A DNA stretch of 60,169 nt from a bacterium (GCA_037134535.1 JBAXMA010000001.1:1-60169), one strand, 5' to 3'; positions 18,701 to 32,786 are shown, numbered from the stretch's first letter. Numbers and translations: made by a program. Notes: generated by a model not told the origin, from the sequence alone.

Positions 18701-20842
18701 CTATCTGCTCAGCAGTTCTTTCTGAACGACTTCGGAAACTATTTCAAAGCAATGAGGTTCCATCGTATATGCGGCTCTACCCTTACTCACAGATCGAACC
18801 GCGCTAGCATAACCGAACACACGCGCCAACGGAACCATCGCTGTAACTATCTGCAGCGATCCATGGGGATTGATCTCTGTCACCTTTCCTGAGCGAGAAT
18901 ACAAATCGTTCAGGACGTCGCCCATGTGTTCCGTCGGAACAGTAATCTCCAACAACATAATCGGCTCAAGAAACACCGGATCCGCCGCTTTCAGAGCCGC
19001 CTTCAATGCCATCACCGAAGCGGACCGGAATGCGACCTCTGATGGATTCTGCTCATCATACTTTGCACCAACAACCTTAACCATCACGTCAGTCACAGGA
19101 TAATTTGCCAAAATACCAGTGACTAGCACATCCTTGATCCCTTCCTCAATCGCCTTCCGGAACTCTGCAGGCACCACGCTCGCAGAGACCGCTATCTGCA
19201 CTTGATTGCCCTCAGCACGTTGCCGAGGTGTCACCTCGATGCTCACGCTGGCAAAATGCCTGCGTCCGCCAACATCTCGATCAAAAGCATAATCAGCCCG
19301 ACCCTGAGCTCTCACAGTTTCCCGGTAAGCAACCACCGGCGTTCCGGCATTAGCCTCAATCTTGAACTCCCGCACAAGCCGGTCCCTCATAATGTCAAGA
19401 TGAAGCTCACCCATGCCCTCAACAATAGTCTGCCCCGTATCGGCACTGATCTTCAGCTTCAATGTCGGATCTTCACACACAAGTGAATTCAGAGCAGTCA
19501 TGAGCCCTTCCCTGTCAGCCTGAGTCCTGGGCTCTACTGCCATTGCCACCACCGGCTCAGGAAACAGCATTCTTCCCAACTCAATCGGCTCATTCTCTGC
19601 ACATACCGTGTCACCGGTCGCGAAATCCTTCAGACCTGCAATTCCGCCAATCTCCCCGGCAAAAATCGTATCAACCTCGGTCCTCTTATCAGCATGCAGT
19701 TCAAGCAGACGCATCACCCTCTCTCTGGAACGAGTGCGGGGATTATAGACATTCTGCCCTTTCTTCAGCTGCCCTGAGTATATGCGCACCATCAGCATAT
19801 TTCCAACATATGGATCATTGACAAGCTTGAAGACAATACCACTTAGCGGTCCAAAGTCACCCGCCTCACGAGTCTCAGGCTCCTTCGTCTTAGGGTGTCT
19901 ACCCTTTACAACCGAGACATCCAGCGGCGAGGGCAGATAGTCCACTACAGCGTCAAGCAGCAGTTGAACGCCTTTATTCCTGAGAGCAGAGCCGCACAGC
20001 ACTGGTACCAGCATATTGCCAACCGTTGCACGTCGCAGTCCTTCTTTCAGTATCTCAGCAGGCACGTCAGCATTCTCAAGGTAGGCCTCAAGGGTTTTTT
20101 CATCCTTCTCAGCGACGGCTTCCACCAGCTCTGCGCGAGCCTTTTCAGCCTTTACCGCAAGCTCAACGGGAATGCCAGACTCTTCACTCATCTGCCCTTG
20201 AGTCGCACTATCGAAAGATATCGCCTTCATCTGCACAAGGTCTATTACACCTTTGAACGAATCCTCAGAGCCCCACGGAATCTGAACACTGACAAATCCT
20301 GACGCCAGTCGACTCTTCATGTGCGCCAGGACTTTGTCGAAGTCCGCCCCTACCCTGTCCATTTTGTTGATGAACGCGATTCTCGGGACACCATAGCGGC
20401 TCGCCTGATGCCACACTGTTTCTGATTGCGCTTGAACTCCGCCAACTCCGCAAAACACACCGACAGCACCATCAAGAACACGAAGCGATCTTTCAACCTC
20501 CGCGGTAAAATCGACATGCCCTGGCGTATCGAGCAGATTCACCTGATGATCATGCCAGAAGAAGGTCGTCGCTGCAGCTGTTATCGTTATGCCACGCTCC
20601 CGCTCCTGTACCATCCAGTCCATTGTTGCCGTTCCGTCATGGACCTCTCCCATGCGATGGAGTTTGCCTGCATAAAAAAGCATCCGCTCTGAAATTGTTG
20701 TCTTACCTGCATCAATATGCGCTATAATACCGATGTTACGAAGCATGGCAAGACCCCGCCGCCGACCTGGGGACTCTCGGTCTCCGGCCTTTCCTGCAGC
20801 GGACTTTCTATCAGCGTCTTTCAATATTGTTGCCATGTCCAT
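18701..20842 (-). CDS. fusA: translation elongation factor G
   Basis: 713 aa, [23 protein letters not shown] and NKMDR GTPase motifs. Follows rpsG. The N-terminus is about 20 aa longer than usual, and the only in-frame ATGs are at codons 1, 3 and 33. Confidence 0.96.
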   Translation of the reverse strand: MDMATILKDADRKSAAGKAGDRESPGRRRGLAMLRNIGIIAHIDAGKTTISERMLFYAGKLHRMGEVHDGTATMDWMVQERERGITITAAATTFFWHDHQVNLLDTPGHVDFTAEVERSLRVLDGAVGVFCGVGGVQAQSETVWHQASRYGVPRIAFINKMDRVGADFDKVLAHMKSRLASGFVSVQIPWGSEDSFKGVIDLVQMKAISFDSATQGQMSEESGIPVELAVKAEKARAELVEAVAEKDEKTLEAYLENADVPAEILKEGLRRATVGNMLVPVLCGSALRNKGVQLLLDAVVDYLPSPLDVSVVKGRHPKTKEPETREAGDFGPLSGIVFKLVNDPYVGNMLMVRIYSGQLKKGQNVYNPRTRSRERVMRLLELHADKRTEVDTIFAGEIGGIAGLKDFATGDTVCAENEPIELGRMLFPEPVVAMAVEPRTQADREGLMTALNSLVCEDPTLKLKISADTGQTIVEGMGELHLDIMRDRLVREFKIEANAGTPVVAYRETVRAQGRADYAFDRDVGGRRHFASVSIEVTPRQRAEGNQVQIAVSASVVPAEFRKAIEEGIKDVLVTGILANYPVTDVMVKVVGAKYDEQNPSEVAFRSASVMALKAALKAADPVFLEPIMLLEITVPTEHMGDVLNDLYSRSGKVTEINPHGSLQIVTAMVPLARVFGYASAVRSVSKGRAAYTMEPHCFEIVSEVVQKELLSR

Positions 20843-20883
20843 GTCAAATGCCTGCTAGTGCGCTCGCGCACACAGCGGGCAGC

Positions 20884-21357
20884 CTACCATCGATAGTGCG
20901 CAAAAGCCCTGTTAGCCTGCGCCATTTTGTGAGTCTCTTCCCGCTTCTTAATCGCGTTCCCTTGATTCTTATACGCATCCATTAGCTCTAATGATAGAGC
21001 CTGTCCCATCGGTACACCCTTCCTTGCCTGGGAATACGATATAATCCATCTGAGCGCCATAGCCCTCTGCCTGATCGCTCCGACTTCAATCGGGACCTGA
21101 TATGTGGCACCGCCTACCCGGCGTGACTTCACTTCCACCTTCGGCTTTACATTGTCAACGGCACGAATCAGAACCTCCAGCGGGTTCTCGCCTGCCATCT
21201 TCTCTTTGATGCTGTCCAGAGCTCCATACACAATACCTTCAGCTGTGGACTTCTTACCGCATTCCATCACCATGTTGACAAGGTGCGCAACCAGTTCGTT
21301 ATTGAACTTACGATCCGGTGCCAGAACTCTTTTTTCAGCTCTTCTACGTCTTGACAT
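20884..21357 (-). CDS. rpsG: 30S ribosomal protein S7
   Basis: [20 protein letters not shown]...[10 protein letters not shown], 157 aa. Confidence 0.97.
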   Translation of the reverse strand: MSRRRRAEKRVLAPDRKFNNELVAHLVNMVMECGKKSTAEGIVYGALDSIKEKMAGENPLEVLIRAVDNVKPKVEVKSRRVGGATYQVPIEVGAIRQRAMALRWIISYSQARKGVPMGQALSLELMDAYKNQGNAIKKREETHKMAQANRAFAHYRW

Positions 21358-21377
21358 CTTTCCTCGCGATCACATTC

Positions 21378-21761
21378 CTAAGCTTTTGATTCCTTCGGCG
21401 TCTTCGTGCCATACTTGGAACGGCTCCGATGCCTTCCCTCTACTCCAACAGCATCTAAAGTGCCTCTCACAATGTGGTAACGTACCCCTGGCAGATCCTT
21501 CACTCTGCCGCCACGAACCAGAACAACGCTGTGCTCCTGAAGATTATGACCTTCTCCAGGAATGTATGCCGTTACTTCCTGACCCGTGGTCAGACGAACC
21601 CTGGCTATTTTCCGCAACGCAGAATTAGGCTTCTTTGGCGTCATCGTCCTAACAACGAGACAGACACCACGCTTCTGCGGGCAGCTCATCAGAGCCGGAG
21701 ACTTCGTCTTATTATGCAAGGACCGACGTCCTTTTCTTACCAACTGATTGATTGTCGGCAT
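21378..21761 (-). CDS. rpsL: 30S ribosomal protein S12
   Basis: [12 protein letters not shown]...[16 protein letters not shown]...[13 protein letters not shown], 127 aa. Confidence 0.98.
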   Translation of the reverse strand: MPTINQLVRKGRRSLHNKTKSPALMSCPQKRGVCLVVRTMTPKKPNSALRKIARVRLTTGQEVTAYIPGEGHNLQEHSVVLVRGGRVKDLPGVRYHIVRGTLDAVGVEGRHRSRSKYGTKTPKESKA

Positions 21762-21824
21762 AACTATTTTCCTTTTACTTCACAAAACGAGCGGCACTGT
21801 ACCATTATTCTGCGGCGATGCAAC

Positions 21825-24800
21825 CTATCTTTGTGGATCAAGTGTTAATGGCTCCACATCTTCCAGAATCGTGGCAACCTTCTCTTCCGGAATCGGTTCA
21901 GCAAGAGGCACCAACCTCACATTCCGATACACATGGAATCCTGTTCCACCCGGGATCAAATGACCCATGATTACATTTTCCTTGAAACCACGCAGATAAT
22001 CTACCCTGCCCAAAGTCGCTGCATTTGTAAGCACCCGAGTGGTGTCCTGGAATGATGCAGCAGAAATAAAGCTCTCCGTCTCCAGAGACGCTTTCGTAAT
22101 CCCCAACAGACATGAACAGGCTTCCGCAGGCCGCTTTCCTTCAATCTTCGCAGCTTCGTTCACTGCAAGGAACCGGAACTTGTCCACTTCATCACCCCAG
22201 AGAAAATCAGTGTCGCCCGGATCGGTAATTCTAATCTTGCGTAACATCTGCCGCACAATGATCTCGATGTGTTTATCATTGATCTCAACGCCCTGAAGAC
22301 GATAGACCTCCTGAACTTCATTCACGAGATATTCCTGTAGCTCATGAGGTCCGCACACATCCAGGATTTCCTGAGGCACAACAGGACCTTCAGTCAACTG
22401 CTGCCCCTTCTGCACAACGTCTCCGCTGTACACTACGATATGCTTACCCATGGCGATCAGATGCTCTTCCTGAGCCCCCGTCACGGGATCACGAATAACT
22501 AGACAGCGACGCCCTCGCTGATTAGCGCCAAACTCAACAATACCATCGATTTTCGCAATCTCGGCAGCGTCTTTCGGTCTCCGCGCTTCAAACAATTCCG
22601 CCACGCGTGGCAGACCACCGGTAATATCCTTTGTTCGGGACTCTTTCCGCGGCGTCTTTGCCAGGACTTGACCGGCCGAAACGTGCTCCCCTTCCTTCAC
22701 CACGATATGGGCCCGTGCCGGAATATTGTAGGCGGCAGCAACATTCTTGTCAGACGGCAGCTTGATAACAATCTGCGGGTGGAGATCCTCTTTATGCTCC
22801 AGGACCACTATCCCTTTCAGCCCGGTTGCTTCATCGACCTCGCGCTTTATGGAAACATTCTCAACAAAGTTCTGGAACCCGACTATACCATCCACTTCTG
22901 AAAGTATCGGCACGCTGTACGGATCCCACTGCACGAAGCTCTGCCCCTTCCGGACTTTCTCGCCGTTCTCAAGTGAAATGACAGCCCCCATGAATGTCTT
23001 GTGCCGTTCGAGTTCATTGCCGGCATCATCCTCAATGCTTACTGCACCGTTCTTGTTAAGAACAACAGACATACCCTCTTTGTTCTTCACAATTCGCAGA
23101 TCATGATAGACAACCTTGCCTGAATTTTTCGCAACAATGTGCGGCTGTTTGAAAACCGAGCTCGCAGTTCCACCAATATGGAATGTACGCATTGTAAGCT
23201 GAGTACCAGGTTCGCCGATCGACTGAGCTGCGATGATTCCGACCGCAGTTCCGATCTCAACTTCCCTGCCCGAAGACAGGTCCCGGCCGTAGCAATGCGC
23301 ACACAAACCCTGCTTTGCTTCGCAAGTCAGCACGCTTCTTATCCGAATGCGATCAATGCCTTCCGTACGGATTACATCGCACGCATGCTCGTCAATTTCC
23401 TGACCTGCCTGAAGAATAACTGCACCGCTGGCGGGACTATGAAGATCGCTCGTCAACGTCCTGCCGAGTATGCGACTTTCAAGAGAGACCAACTCATCGT
23501 CACCGGCGCCTACTGCGGTAATCTCGACGCCATTCAGGGTATTGCAGTCCCTCTCCACAATGATGACGTCCTGAGCAACATCTACAAGTTTGCGCGTAAG
23601 ATAACCGGCATCGGCCGTCTTTAGTGCCGTATCCGCCAGACCTTTTCTAGCGCCATGTGTACTGATGAAATACTCCAACACACTCAGACCTTCACGGAAA
23701 TTGGATATAATAGGTCTCTCGATGATCTCGCCAGAAGGCTTTGCCATAAGACCACGCATGCCTGCCAGCTGACGAATCTGCTGCCTGCTTCCACGTGCTT
23801 TGGATTCAACCATCATATAGATAGGATTGACCTCACTACTGCCCGTGTTCTGCTCAATCGCACGGTACATAGCGCCAGATGTCTCTTCGGAGGCGTGTGT
23901 CCAGATATCCACGATCTTATTGTATCGCTCTCCATCAGTGATAATACCTCTGCGATACTGCTCACTGACAGCCAAAGCCTGCTTCATCGCCTGGTCAACA
24001 ATCATTGCTTTCTCGGACGGGATTATCATGTCTCCCATTCCGATCGATACGCCTGCTCTGGTTGAGCTTTCGAAGCCCAACTCCTTGAGCCGGTCTAGTA
24101 GATCAATCGTTACATCGTGGCCAGCTGCCTTATAGAATCGCATGATCAGCTTGCCAAGGAAACCCTTGTCTACGCGTTCATTGACAAAGCCCAGTGATGG
24201 CGCCCATATCTCATTGAAGAGCACGCGACCCACTGTCGTTACAATGTATGTTCCATCGGGATTGCCGTACGTTGTCTCCCTGCCGGCATCGGGATTGCGG
24301 AACCGAATCTTGGTGTGAACATCTACTGCGCCATCGTCGTACGCAAAATGTACCTCCGAAGCATCGCTGAACAACGGAAGGGGCTCATTCTTCTCATCTT
24401 CCGGGGTCCGTTTCTTCCTGAAGTCGAAGTGCCTCTGGGCCTGTGATGGTGATGTAAGATAGTAAAGACCTAACGCAATATCCTGCGTCGGTGTCACAAT
24501 AGACTCACCACTGCTTGGCGAGAAAATACTGTTCGACGACAACATCAGCAGTCGCGATTCCATCTCTGCCTCAACCGAGAGAGGCAGATGGACCGCCATC
24601 TGATCTCCGTCAAAGTCGGCGTTATACGCCTTACACACCAGGGGATGAACTTGAATCGCCTCTCCCTCGACCAGCACAGGTTCAAACGACTGTATACTGA
24701 GACGATGCAGCGTCGGCGCACGATTCAGCATTACAGTCTTGGATTTAGCGACCTCCTCAAGAATATCCCATATTTCGTCCGTTTCACGCTCAATTACCTT

Positions 24801-26000
24801 CTTCGCGCTTCGTACTGTGTGAACAATACCACGCTCTTTTAAACGGCGAATGATAAAGGGTTCAAACAGAACCAAGGCCATCTTCTTGGGCAATCCGCAC
24901 TGATGAAGTTTCAGTTCCGGTCCAACAACGATCACCGAACGGCCTGAATAGTCTACCCGCTTGCCGAGAAGATTCTGACGGAATCGTCCACCCTTGCCCT
25001 TCAACATATCGCTAAGAGACTTCAGAGGGCGACCGCCGGCACCTGTCACGGCCCTGCCGTGACGACCATTATCAAAAACAGCGTCGACAGCTTCCTGCAG
25101 CATGCGCTTCTCGTTCCTGATAATTACATCCGGCGTCTTCAACAACAGCAGATTCTTCAGTCGGTTATTCCGGTTGATCACGCGTCGATACAAATCATTC
25201 AAATCTGATGTTGCAAAGCGACCACCCTCCAGCGGCACGAGCGGCCGCAGATCCGGAGGAATAACAGGCAACACTTCAAGAATCATCCACTCGGGGCGGG
25301 TGTCATTCTTTCGAAGTCCCTCGACAACCTGCATACGCTTGGCAATCTTCTTGCGAGTCTGCTTGCTGCGAACGGTCTCCATCTCGGTTTCAAGCTCGCC
25401 CATGAGTTGTTCGAGATTGACCTTTTTAAGGAGGTCACGAATTCCTTCAGCCCCCATCTTGGCAACAAACTCATCACCGTACTTATCCTGAGCCTCACGA
25501 TAACTCATCTCATCGAGAAACTGTTTTTCCTGGAGAGGCGTCTTGCCTGGATCAACAACAACGTAATCCTCGTAATACAGAACTCGTTCAAGCTGCCGGC
25601 CTGTCATATCCAGCACCAAACCCAAGCGACTAGGTGTACACTTGAAGAACCAGATGTGTGCAATGGGCACAGCCATCTCGATGTGGCCCATCCGTTCGCG
25701 TCTCACTCTCGAGACTGTCACTTCCACGCCACACCGGTCACAAATCACGCCCTTATGCTTAATGCGCTTGTACTTGCCGCATCCACATTCCCAATCCCTT
25801 GTCGGACCGAAAATACGCTCACAAAACAGTCCGCCCCGTTCCGGCTTAAACGTTCGATAATTGATTGTTTCTGGATTCTTGATCTCTCCATGACTCCACG
25901 ACCGGATCATTTCAGGAGATGCAAGCGACAAACTTACCGAGTCGAATGCGTTGGATTTGCGTGCTGGAGCGCCCTCATCTCTGATTGAATTGTAACTCAC
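21825..26000 (-). CDS. rpoC: DNA-directed RNA polymerase subunit beta'
   Basis: 1391 aa, zinc finger [23 protein letters not shown] and catalytic NADFDGDQM. 4-nt overlap with the rpoB stop. Confidence 0.98.
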   Translation of the reverse strand: MSYNSIRDEGAPARKSNAFDSVSLSLASPEMIRSWSHGEIKNPETINYRTFKPERGGLFCERIFGPTRDWECGCGKYKRIKHKGVICDRCGVEVTVSRVRRERMGHIEMAVPIAHIWFFKCTPSRLGLVLDMTGRQLERVLYYEDYVVVDPGKTPLQEKQFLDEMSYREAQDKYGDEFVAKMGAEGIRDLLKKVNLEQLMGELETEMETVRSKQTRKKIAKRMQVVEGLRKNDTRPEWMILEVLPVIPPDLRPLVPLEGGRFATSDLNDLYRRVINRNNRLKNLLLLKTPDVIIRNEKRMLQEAVDAVFDNGRHGRAVTGAGGRPLKSLSDMLKGKGGRFRQNLLGKRVDYSGRSVIVVGPELKLHQCGLPKKMALVLFEPFIIRRLKERGIVHTVRSAKKVIERETDEIWDILEEVAKSKTVMLNRAPTLHRLSIQSFEPVLVEGEAIQVHPLVCKAYNADFDGDQMAVHLPLSVEAEMESRLLMLSSNSIFSPSSGESIVTPTQDIALGLYYLTSPSQAQRHFDFRKKRTPEDEKNEPLPLFSDASEVHFAYDDGAVDVHTKIRFRNPDAGRETTYGNPDGTYIVTTVGRVLFNEIWAPSLGFVNERVDKGFLGKLIMRFYKAAGHDVTIDLLDRLKELGFESSTRAGVSIGMGDMIIPSEKAMIVDQAMKQALAVSEQYRRGIITDGERYNKIVDIWTHASEETSGAMYRAIEQNTGSSEVNPIYMMVESKARGSRQQIRQLAGMRGLMAKPSGEIIERPIISNFREGLSVLEYFISTHGARKGLADTALKTADAGYLTRKLVDVAQDVIIVERDCNTLNGVEITAVGAGDDELVSLESRILGRTLTSDLHSPASGAVILQAGQEIDEHACDVIRTEGIDRIRIRSVLTCEAKQGLCAHCYGRDLSSGREVEIGTAVGIIAAQSIGEPGTQLTMRTFHIGGTASSVFKQPHIVAKNSGKVVYHDLRIVKNKEGMSVVLNKNGAVSIEDDAGNELERHKTFMGAVISLENGEKVRKGQSFVQWDPYSVPILSEVDGIVGFQNFVENVSIKREVDEATGLKGIVVLEHKEDLHPQIVIKLPSDKNVAAAYNIPARAHIVVKEGEHVSAGQVLAKTPRKESRTKDITGGLPRVAELFEARRPKDAAEIAKIDGIVEFGANQRGRRCLVIRDPVTGAQEEHLIAMGKHIVVYSGDVVQKGQQLTEGPVVPQEILDVCGPHELQEYLVNEVQEVYRLQGVEINDKHIEIIVRQMLRKIRITDPGDTDFLWGDEVDKFRFLAVNEAAKIEGKRPAEACSCLLGITKASLETESFISAASFQDTTRVLTNAATLGRVDYLRGFKENVIMGHLIPGGTGFHVYRNVRLVPLAEPIPEEKVATILEDVEPLTLDPQR

Positions 26001-29000
26001 TCGTCACCTCCCGGTCGGACCTGCTCACCCGACTCTTCGGCGAATTGCCCAACCTGGACGTTCAGACACAAACTCTTCATTTCTGTCATAAGGACGTTGA
26101 ATGATTCCGGCATACCCGCCTCGAGAGTATTCTCACCCTTGACGATTGATTCGTAAATTCTAGTGCGCCCTGCTACATCATCACTCTTGACGGTCAACAG
26201 TTCCTGCAGCGCATATGCAGCACCATAGGCTTCCAGTGCCCACACTTCCATTTCACCCATACGTTGTCCGCCGTACTGAGCTTTACCACCAAGCGGCTGC
26301 TGCGTCACGAGTGAGTAAGGTCCAACTGCCCTGGCGTGAATCTTGTCACTGACAAGATGATGCAACTTGCACATATAGATAACGCCAACGACCACTCTTT
26401 GGCTGAATGCATCGCCAGTCCTACCATCATAAAGGACTGCCTTGCCATCCTCGTCCATGTGCGCTTTCTTCATCATCTCACGAATTTCTACTTCTGATGC
26501 GCCGTCAAACACCGGGGATGCAGCATACATTCCAAGAATCCGGCAGGCCATTCCCATATGCGTCTCAAGCACTTGACCTACATTCATTCGAGACGGAACA
26601 CCAAGAGGATTCAGCACAATATCAACTGGAGTGCCATCGGCAAGGAAAGGCATGTCGGCATCGGCCACAATTCGTGCAACCACACCCTTATTTCCGTGCC
26701 TGCCCGCCATCTTGTCGCCAACCGAAAGCCGTTTCTTGCTTGCGACGTAGACACGAACCTGTTTGATGATACCAACGTCTTCAAACTCGCCACTTTCGAA
26801 CCTGTCAAGATCGCGTTCCTGCCGTAGCTCGAGCTCAGCAAATTTGTGCTTATACTCATCCAAAATACTCTGAATCTTCATCTGTATCGGACTGCTCTCA
26901 ATCTCCACATGTTCGCAGGCCGCCGCCAGCTTCCTGAGAAGAGTCTTCGTGATCTTCCTGTTTGCCGGTATGATGATCTCGCCGGTCTCTACATCTACCA
27001 CATCAAGAGGAATCTTCTCTCCAAGGAGAATATTACTCAGCGACTCAGTAAGATCCACTAGCAGTTTCTGTTTCTGCGACTTGTGCTCGTCGCCCACAGC
27101 CTTTGCACGCTTCTTCACTTCGCCTGGAGACAGTTTATCGACCTTGACATTCCGGTGTGCAGTAACATTGACATCCATCACAATTCCAGACGTACCACTC
27201 GGCACCGTTAGCGAGGTATCACGCACATCGGCGGCCTTTTCTCCGAAAATCGCTCGCAAAAGTCGCTCCTCTGGTGCCAACTCAGTCTCACTCTTTGGGG
27301 TGATCTTACCAACGAGGATGTCACCAGGAACCACTTCCGCACCTATGCGTATTACGCCGTCACGATCGAGATTCCTCAGCGCCTCTTCACTAACGTTAGG
27401 AATGTCCCGAGTGATCTCCTCAGGGCCCAGCTTTGTGTCACGAGCACCAACCTCAAATTCCTGAATATGAATGGAGGTAAAGAGATCGTCGCGAACAACG
27501 CGCTCGCTAATCAGAATAGCGTCCTCAAAGTTGTATCCGCACCAAGGAACGAACGAAACGAGTAGATTCTTACCCAAAGAGATCTCGCCGTCTTTTGTCC
27601 CCGGTCCATCCGCAAGAGTATCCCCGGCCTCTATTTTCTGACCCTCGCTTACGATTGGTACCTGGTTTATGCACGTACCGGCATTCGAACGCGAGAACTT
27701 ACGAAGAGGGTATACCTGTCCAGCGTGTTTCTTCCCCTTCTTCGCCAATTTGCCATCAGGGGTGATGACAACCTCATTCGCAGATACCTGAGCAACTTTC
27801 CCCGCATGCGTCGCTGTAACCGTCACTCTGGAATCACGAGCAAGCTTTCCTTCCAATCCGGTTGCAACATACGCGCGCTCGGCTTCAAGAAGAGGCACAG
27901 CCTGCCTCATCATATTAGATCCCATCAGGGCCCTATTAGCATCGTCGTGCTCCAGAAACGGAATAGATCCAGCCGCAACACTAATGACCTGCTTCGGAGA
28001 GACATCCATGTAGTCGACTTTATCCTTCGCTACCTCCAGAAAGTCACCCCGGAACCTTACTGACACAAAATCCCTCGAGAACTGACCGTTCTTCTCGAGC
28101 GGAGCATTGGCCTGCGCTATGACAAATCTTTCCTCTTGATCCGCCGTCAGATAGTCAACAGTGTCGCTTACACGACCGCCCTTTACTTTCCTGTAGGGGG
28201 TCTCAATAAATCCAAACTCGTTAATCCTGCCGTAAATACTGAGCGACGAGATCAGTCCAATATTCGGACCTTCCGGCGTCTCAATCGGACAGATACGACC
28301 ATAGTGACTACTATGAACATCACGGACCTCAAAGCCTGCGCGTTCCCTGCTCAGTCCTCCAGGACCGAGAGCACTGAGGCGACGCTTGTGTGCCAGTTCC
28401 GATAGCGGATTGGTCTGATCCATGAACTGACTCAACTGGCTTCTGCCAAAGAAATCGCGGACTACACTCGATAGTGCCTTGGGATTGATCAACTTCTGTG
28501 GAGTCATCACCCCGGCCGCCGGATCGAACAGTGTCATCCGTTCCTTTACGACCCGCTCCAGCCTCGCAAGGCCAGCACGACACTGATTTTCAAGAAGTTC
28601 TCCCACTGTGCGCACCCGGCGGCTGCCTAAGTGATCGATATCGTCAAGCACTCCCTCGCCTTTCCGGATACTGATCAGATATCGTATAGCCGCTATAATA
28701 TCTTCCTTCTCAAGCACGCGATGCGTCCCAGGAACTTTGCCGTCGAGGTTGAGCTTCTGATTGATCTTGTATCGTCCAACACGACCCAGATCGTAATGCC
28801 GTTCATCGAAGAACAGCCTACGAATCAGCTGCCATGCATTGGACGGAGTAGCAGGATCGCCAGGACGCAATTTGTGATAGATATCTTTAAGAGCATCATC
28901 CTTCGTCCGGACTTCGTCCGCGCGAATGCTCTTGAGCATGATCCCGCCGTCCCAGGAGACATCAATGACATCTGCCGTCTTGTACCCTGCGGCCTTCATC

Positions 29001-29782
29001 TGTTTCAATGCGGCTTCAGTAACGGGGTCATAACGACGTGCGAGAACTGCGTGTGAATCGACGTCAACGACGTCCTCCTTAAAGAGGCGTCCGCTGATTT
29101 CTTCGCTTGCTGGATCCTTCCCGAGATTGATCTTCTCATAAGTGTAGAAAAGACTTATGATTTCTTCGTCGGTCCCAAATCCGAGAGCACGGAGGAATGT
29201 TGTCGCCAGAAACTTGCGACGCCTGCGCTGCCTGTCAAGATACATCCAGAGCAGATCTGATGTGTCAAACTGGATCTCTACCCAGGAACCACGATCAGGA
29301 ATGATCCTGAATGAATAGAGAATCGTGCCATTGGCATGAATGGACTTTTCAAAACATATGCCTGGCGATCTATGAAGCTGACTGACCACTACTCTCTCTG
29401 CACCGTTGACAACAAACGCTCCCTGCGCCGTCATCAGCGGGATTTCACCCATATAGACTGTCTCTTCCCTGACTTCCTCACCCTCCTTGAGCCGGAAGGT
29501 TACATGCAGGGGTGCAGCATAGGTCTCACCTTCACGAAGACAGCCATGCACATCCATCTTGGGCTTTGCCAGCTCATACTTTACGAAGTCAAGCGAACAT
29601 CTGCCGTCGTAACTCTCAATCGGGAATACTTCCCTGAAGACCTCCTGCAGACCCATCCGCTCCCTGCGGGCAGATGGTACATCTCGCTGCAAAAAGCGGT
29701 CGTATGAAGACACCTGTACATCAATCAGGTCCGGTGACTCCAGAGTCTCAATAAGTTTGCCAAAGTTTTTTCTAGCAATCAT
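25997..29782 (-). CDS. rpoB: DNA-directed RNA polymerase subunit beta
   Basis: 1261 aa, [29 protein letters not shown] (Rif-cluster region) and [13 protein letters not shown] motifs. Confidence 0.98.
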   Translation of the reverse strand: MIARKNFGKLIETLESPDLIDVQVSSYDRFLQRDVPSARRERMGLQEVFREVFPIESYDGRCSLDFVKYELAKPKMDVHGCLREGETYAAPLHVTFRLKEGEEVREETVYMGEIPLMTAQGAFVVNGAERVVVSQLHRSPGICFEKSIHANGTILYSFRIIPDRGSWVEIQFDTSDLLWMYLDRQRRRRKFLATTFLRALGFGTDEEIISLFYTYEKINLGKDPASEEISGRLFKEDVVDVDSHAVLARRYDPVTEAALKQMKAAGYKTADVIDVSWDGGIMLKSIRADEVRTKDDALKDIYHKLRPGDPATPSNAWQLIRRLFFDERHYDLGRVGRYKINQKLNLDGKVPGTHRVLEKEDIIAAIRYLISIRKGEGVLDDIDHLGSRRVRTVGELLENQCRAGLARLERVVKERMTLFDPAAGVMTPQKLINPKALSSVVRDFFGRSQLSQFMDQTNPLSELAHKRRLSALGPGGLSRERAGFEVRDVHSSHYGRICPIETPEGPNIGLISSLSIYGRINEFGFIETPYRKVKGGRVSDTVDYLTADQEERFVIAQANAPLEKNGQFSRDFVSVRFRGDFLEVAKDKVDYMDVSPKQVISVAAGSIPFLEHDDANRALMGSNMMRQAVPLLEAERAYVATGLEGKLARDSRVTVTATHAGKVAQVSANEVVITPDGKLAKKGKKHAGQVYPLRKFSRSNAGTCINQVPIVSEGQKIEAGDTLADGPGTKDGEISLGKNLLVSFVPWCGYNFEDAILISERVVRDDLFTSIHIQEFEVGARDTKLGPEEITRDIPNVSEEALRNLDRDGVIRIGAEVVPGDILVGKITPKSETELAPEERLLRAIFGEKAADVRDTSLTVPSGTSGIVMDVNVTAHRNVKVDKLSPGEVKKRAKAVGDEHKSQKQKLLVDLTESLSNILLGEKIPLDVVDVETGEIIIPANRKITKTLLRKLAAACEHVEIESSPIQMKIQSILDEYKHKFAELELRQERDLDRFESGEFEDVGIIKQVRVYVASKKRLSVGDKMAGRHGNKGVVARIVADADMPFLADGTPVDIVLNPLGVPSRMNVGQVLETHMGMACRILGMYAASPVFDGASEVEIREMMKKAHMDEDGKAVLYDGRTGDAFSQRVVVGVIYMCKLHHLVSDKIHARAVGPYSLVTQQPLGGKAQYGGQRMGEMEVWALEAYGAAYALQELLTVKSDDVAGRTRIYESIVKGENTLEAGMPESFNVLMTEMKSLCLNVQVGQFAEESGEQVRPGGDE

Positions 29783-29848
29783 TCATCACTCTCTCTATAC
29801 CGCTTTCGAAGAACAGGTCAGACCCAACCGCAGAACTATCGACGTTAC

Positions 29849-30280
29849 TTACTTGATTTCGACTTTCGCTCCTGCAGCTTCCAACTTCGCCTTCATCGCA
29901 TCAGCATCCTGTTTCGATACACCATCCTTCACAGGCTTCGGTGCTCCCTCAACAAGATCCTTTGATTCTTTCAGGCCCAGACCGGTAATTGCCCGGACTT
30001 CCTTGATTACATTGATCTTCTGTTCGCCAGCTGCGAGCAGCATGACCGTAAATTCAGTCTTTTCAGCAGCTGCTGCCGGGGCACCTGAAGCCGCAACTGC
30101 ACCTACTGCGACGGGCGCAGCGGCCGATACTCCGAGTCTGTCCTCAAGAGCCTTTACCAGTTGCGAGAGCTCTCTGACGCTGATACCCTCGATCCAGTTA
30201 ACGAACTCCGCCATCTTGCCGTCAATAACGACGCTGGCCTTCTCCCCCTGCTCCACTGCTGCTCCTTCGTTCTGTGCCAT
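29849..30280 (-). CDS. rplL: 50S ribosomal protein L7/L12
   Basis: [15 protein letters not shown], an Ala-rich hinge, and C-terminal [29 protein letters not shown] 30280 has AAGGAAG about 9 nt upstream. Alternative starts are at 30289 and 30214. Confidence 0.93.
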   Translation of the reverse strand: MAQNEGAAVEQGEKASVVIDGKMAEFVNWIEGISVRELSQLVKALEDRLGVSAAAPVAVGAVAASGAPAAAAEKTEFTVMLLAAGEQKINVIKEVRAITGLGLKESKDLVEGAPKPVKDGVSKQDADAMKAKLEAAGAKVEIK

Positions 30281-30351
30281 GATCCACACTTCCTTTCCTG
30301 AACTGTTACTTACAATCTAGGCCACCGCTGCGCGGCGACCGGAAATACTGC

Positions 30352-30867
30352 TCACGTTGACTTCTTCTTCTCGATAGCCTGCAGAACGTAAACAAGGCTG
30401 GAGAGTTTCCTGCTCATCACGCCCACCAACCTGCTCATGGGGGCCGCGATCGTACCAACCACCTTTTGACGCAGTACTTCGCGAGAAGGCAGATTCGCGA
30501 ACTCCAGAACTTCACTACCGCTTAGGACAGTACCCTTAATCAGCCCGCCCTTAACCTTGAGCGGCCTCTCATCATCACGGACGAATTCCTGAATTACCCT
30601 AGCTGCCGCAATATCATCTCTACCGGTAACAACGGCTGTAGGCTTCTTCATGATGCCATCGATGCCACTCAGTCCGAGCCCAGTGCAGACAAGTTTCAAC
30701 AACCGGTTCTTTACGACTCGTACATCGGAGCCCGCGACTCTGAGCTTTCCACGGAGGGAACTCATCTTTGCCACGGTCAACCTGGTGTAGTCCAGGAAGA
30801 ACACATAATCGGACCCGGAGATCCGACTCCGGATATCTTCCACCATGTACTGTTTTTCTGCCCTCAC
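30352..30867 (-). CDS. rplJ: 50S ribosomal protein L10
   Basis: 171 aa, YVFFLDYTRLTVAKMSSLRGKLRVAGSDVRVVKNRL. Position rplA-rplJ-rplL. Confidence 0.95.
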   Translation of the reverse strand: MRAEKQYMVEDIRSRISGSDYVFFLDYTRLTVAKMSSLRGKLRVAGSDVRVVKNRLLKLVCTGLGLSGIDGIMKKPTAVVTGRDDIAAARVIQEFVRDDERPLKVKGGLIKGTVLSGSEVLEFANLPSREVLRQKVVGTIAAPMSRLVGVMSRKLSSLVYVLQAIEKKKST

Positions 30868-30882
30868 AAAAATCGCTCCCGC

Positions 30883-31569
30883 CTATTCCCGAACCATGAT
30901 TCGCAACCCAACACCCATCGTTGAGGACATGGTCCACTTCTTGACAAATACACCTTTGGCTGCTGGTGGTCTCTCGGCCTTTATACCTTCAATTACAGCC
31001 TTCGCATTCTCCGTCAGCTTCACGGCATCAAACGACAGTTTACCCACCGGTACGTGCACATTCCCGTGCCTGTCCATTCTAAACTCGACTCGTCCGGCTT
31101 TGCACTGCTCCACTGCTGCGGCAATATCCTCATTGACTGTTCCAGTCTTGGGGTTAGGCATCAAGCCGCGGGGACCAAGAACCTTACCAAGCTTCTTGAC
31201 TTCCTGCATCGCCTCCGGAGTCGCTACAGCGACATCGAAATCAGTCCATCCACCCTTGACCTTCTCGATTAAGTCCTCGAATCCCGCCTGGTCAGCCCCG
31301 GCTTTTTTCGCAGCCTCAATTGCAGCACCTCTTGCAAACGCTACAACTCTGACCTCTTTGCCAGATCCGTGCGGAAGGCGCACGATTCCACGCACCGCCT
31401 GATCCGTTTTCGTCGGATCTACATCAAGTCGTGCCGCCAGGTCTACGCTCTCATCAAACTTCGCTACGGGATTGCTCTTAAGGAAGCTGATTGCTTCCTC
31501 AATCTCGTAGACCTTGGCTTCTACCTTACTCTTGACGCTGTTGTATTTCTTCCCGTGTCGTTGTGCCAT
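30883..31569 (-). CDS. rplA: 50S ribosomal protein L1
   Basis: 228 aa, FDESVDLAARLDVDP...VRGIVRLPHGSGK. Confidence 0.97.
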   Translation of the reverse strand: MAQRHGKKYNSVKSKVEAKVYEIEEAISFLKSNPVAKFDESVDLAARLDVDPTKTDQAVRGIVRLPHGSGKEVRVVAFARGAAIEAAKKAGADQAGFEDLIEKVKGGWTDFDVAVATPEAMQEVKKLGKVLGPRGLMPNPKTGTVNEDIAAAVEQCKAGRVEFRMDRHGNVHVPVGKLSFDAVKLTENAKAVIEGIKAERPPAAKGVFVKKWTMSSTMGVGLRIMVRE

Positions 31570-31573
31570 GGTC

Positions 31574-31996
31574 CTATTCCACCTTGATGCCCATGCTTCT
31601 TGCCGTTCCCTCTATGATACGGGCGGCGCATTCGATGTTGTGTGTGTTCAAATCTTTAAGCTTTGCATTCGCGATCTCAATCACCTGCTTCTTCGTGACC
31701 GTTCCCACCGTCTCCCGACTCGGAGTGGTCGCACCTTTAGCAAGGCCAGCCGCGCGCTTCAAAAGGACCGGCGCAGGAGGACTCTTGGTAATGAATGAGA
31801 ACGACTTATCCTGATAAACAGTTATCTCCGCTGGAATGATAAGCCCAGCCTGAGACTGTGTCGCGTTATTGAAAGCCTTACAAAACTCCATGATGTTCAC
31901 GCCGTGCTGGCCCAGAGCAGGACCAACGGGCGGTGCAGGGTTAGCCTGTCCCGCTGCTATCTGAAGCTTTATCTTGCCTATAATCTTTTTTGCCAT
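31574..31996 (-). CDS. rplK: 50S ribosomal protein L11
   Basis: [43 protein letters not shown], 140 aa. Confidence 0.98.
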   Translation of the reverse strand: MAKKIIGKIKLQIAAGQANPAPPVGPALGQHGVNIMEFCKAFNNATQSQAGLIIPAEITVYQDKSFSFITKSPPAPVLLKRAAGLAKGATTPSRETVGTVTKKQVIEIANAKLKDLNTHNIECAARIIEGTARSMGIKVE

Positions 31997-31997
31997 A

Positions 31998-32546
31998 CTA
32001 GGTTCGCTCCACCTGCCAGTATTCTAATTCTACCGGCGCAACCCGGCCGAATATCGCAACAGACACCTTAAGCCTGCCTCTATTAGGATCAACCTCTTCA
32101 ACCACGCCGCTGAAGTTCATAAAAGGCCCATCCATGATCTTCACTGTCTCGCCAGGCTCAAACACAATCTTCGGCTTGACCTTCTCCCGCTTCTCGTCGA
32201 CCTGATTCAGTAGAATTTCAACTTCTTTATCACGCAAAGGAGCAGGCTTGTCTCCACCAACAAATCCTATCATTCCAGGCGTCTGCCTGACGAAGTACCA
32301 CGCCTTCTCGCACATCTGCCGCTCTTCGTCGTACAGAGCCATGTTAATCAGCACATAGCCCGGAAAGAACTTGCGGGTCGCCGTAGACCTTACGCCCTTC
32401 TTTACCTCAGAGACTTTCTCAGTCGGAATCAACACATCTCCGACATATTCTTCCATTTCTTCCTGCTTTACACGGCGCAGGATGCTAGCCCGAACTTTTG
32501 CCTCCTGGCCTGTCAGCGCGTGGAGAACGAACCATTGTTTCTGCAT
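31998..32546 (-). CDS. nusG: transcription termination/antitermination factor NusG
   Basis: 182 aa, [17 protein letters not shown] start and KOW region [22 protein letters not shown]. Position secE-nusG-rplK. Confidence 0.96.
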   Translation of the reverse strand: MQKQWFVLHALTGQEAKVRASILRRVKQEEMEEYVGDVLIPTEKVSEVKKGVRSTATRKFFPGYVLINMALYDEERQMCEKAWYFVRQTPGMIGFVGGDKPAPLRDKEVEILLNQVDEKREKVKPKIVFEPGETVKIMDGPFMNFSGVVEEVDPNRGRLKVSVAIFGRVAPVELEYWQVERT

Positions 32547-32573
32547 GATCGCCAGGCCCCACTTATGCTATTG

Positions 32574-32786
32574 CTAACCAGATGCACCCACGAGTACGCT
32601 GATCATCTTTTCAATGATCACATCAGTCGTGGCAACAAATACGCCCAAAGCTATTACCGTCAAAATGATAACTACCGTCGACTCGCTCAACTCAGACCGA
32701 CTTGGCCAAGATGATTTCTTCAGCTCTACAACAACCTCATCAAAGAAGTTCTTGATTCCTGCGACCACACCTATCGCACTGCTCAT
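32574..32786 (-). CDS. secE: preprotein translocase subunit SecE
   Basis: 70 aa, FFDEVVVELKKSSWPSRSEL followed by a single TM segment. Upstream of nusG. Confidence 0.9.
   Translation of the reverse strand: MSSAIGVVAGIKNFFDEVVVELKKSSWPSRSELSESTVVIILTVIALGVFVATTDVIIEKMISVLVGASG

Noticed and set aside
20843-20883. Nested GC-rich hairpin (GTGCG-CTCG-CGCAC inside TGCCTGC/GCGGGCA) between rpsG and fusA
   Set aside because: It is a small structure with no U tract. It is plausible as an mRNA-processing or stability element, but it cannot be told apart from chance in a GC-rich 41-nt spacer.
25407-25988. 193-aa plus-strand ORF, and many similar ORFs of 60-190 aa opposite rpoB/rpoC and the ribosomal protein genes
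   Set aside because: All lie antisense to strongly conserved genes, and none shows a recognisable motif or ribosome-binding site.
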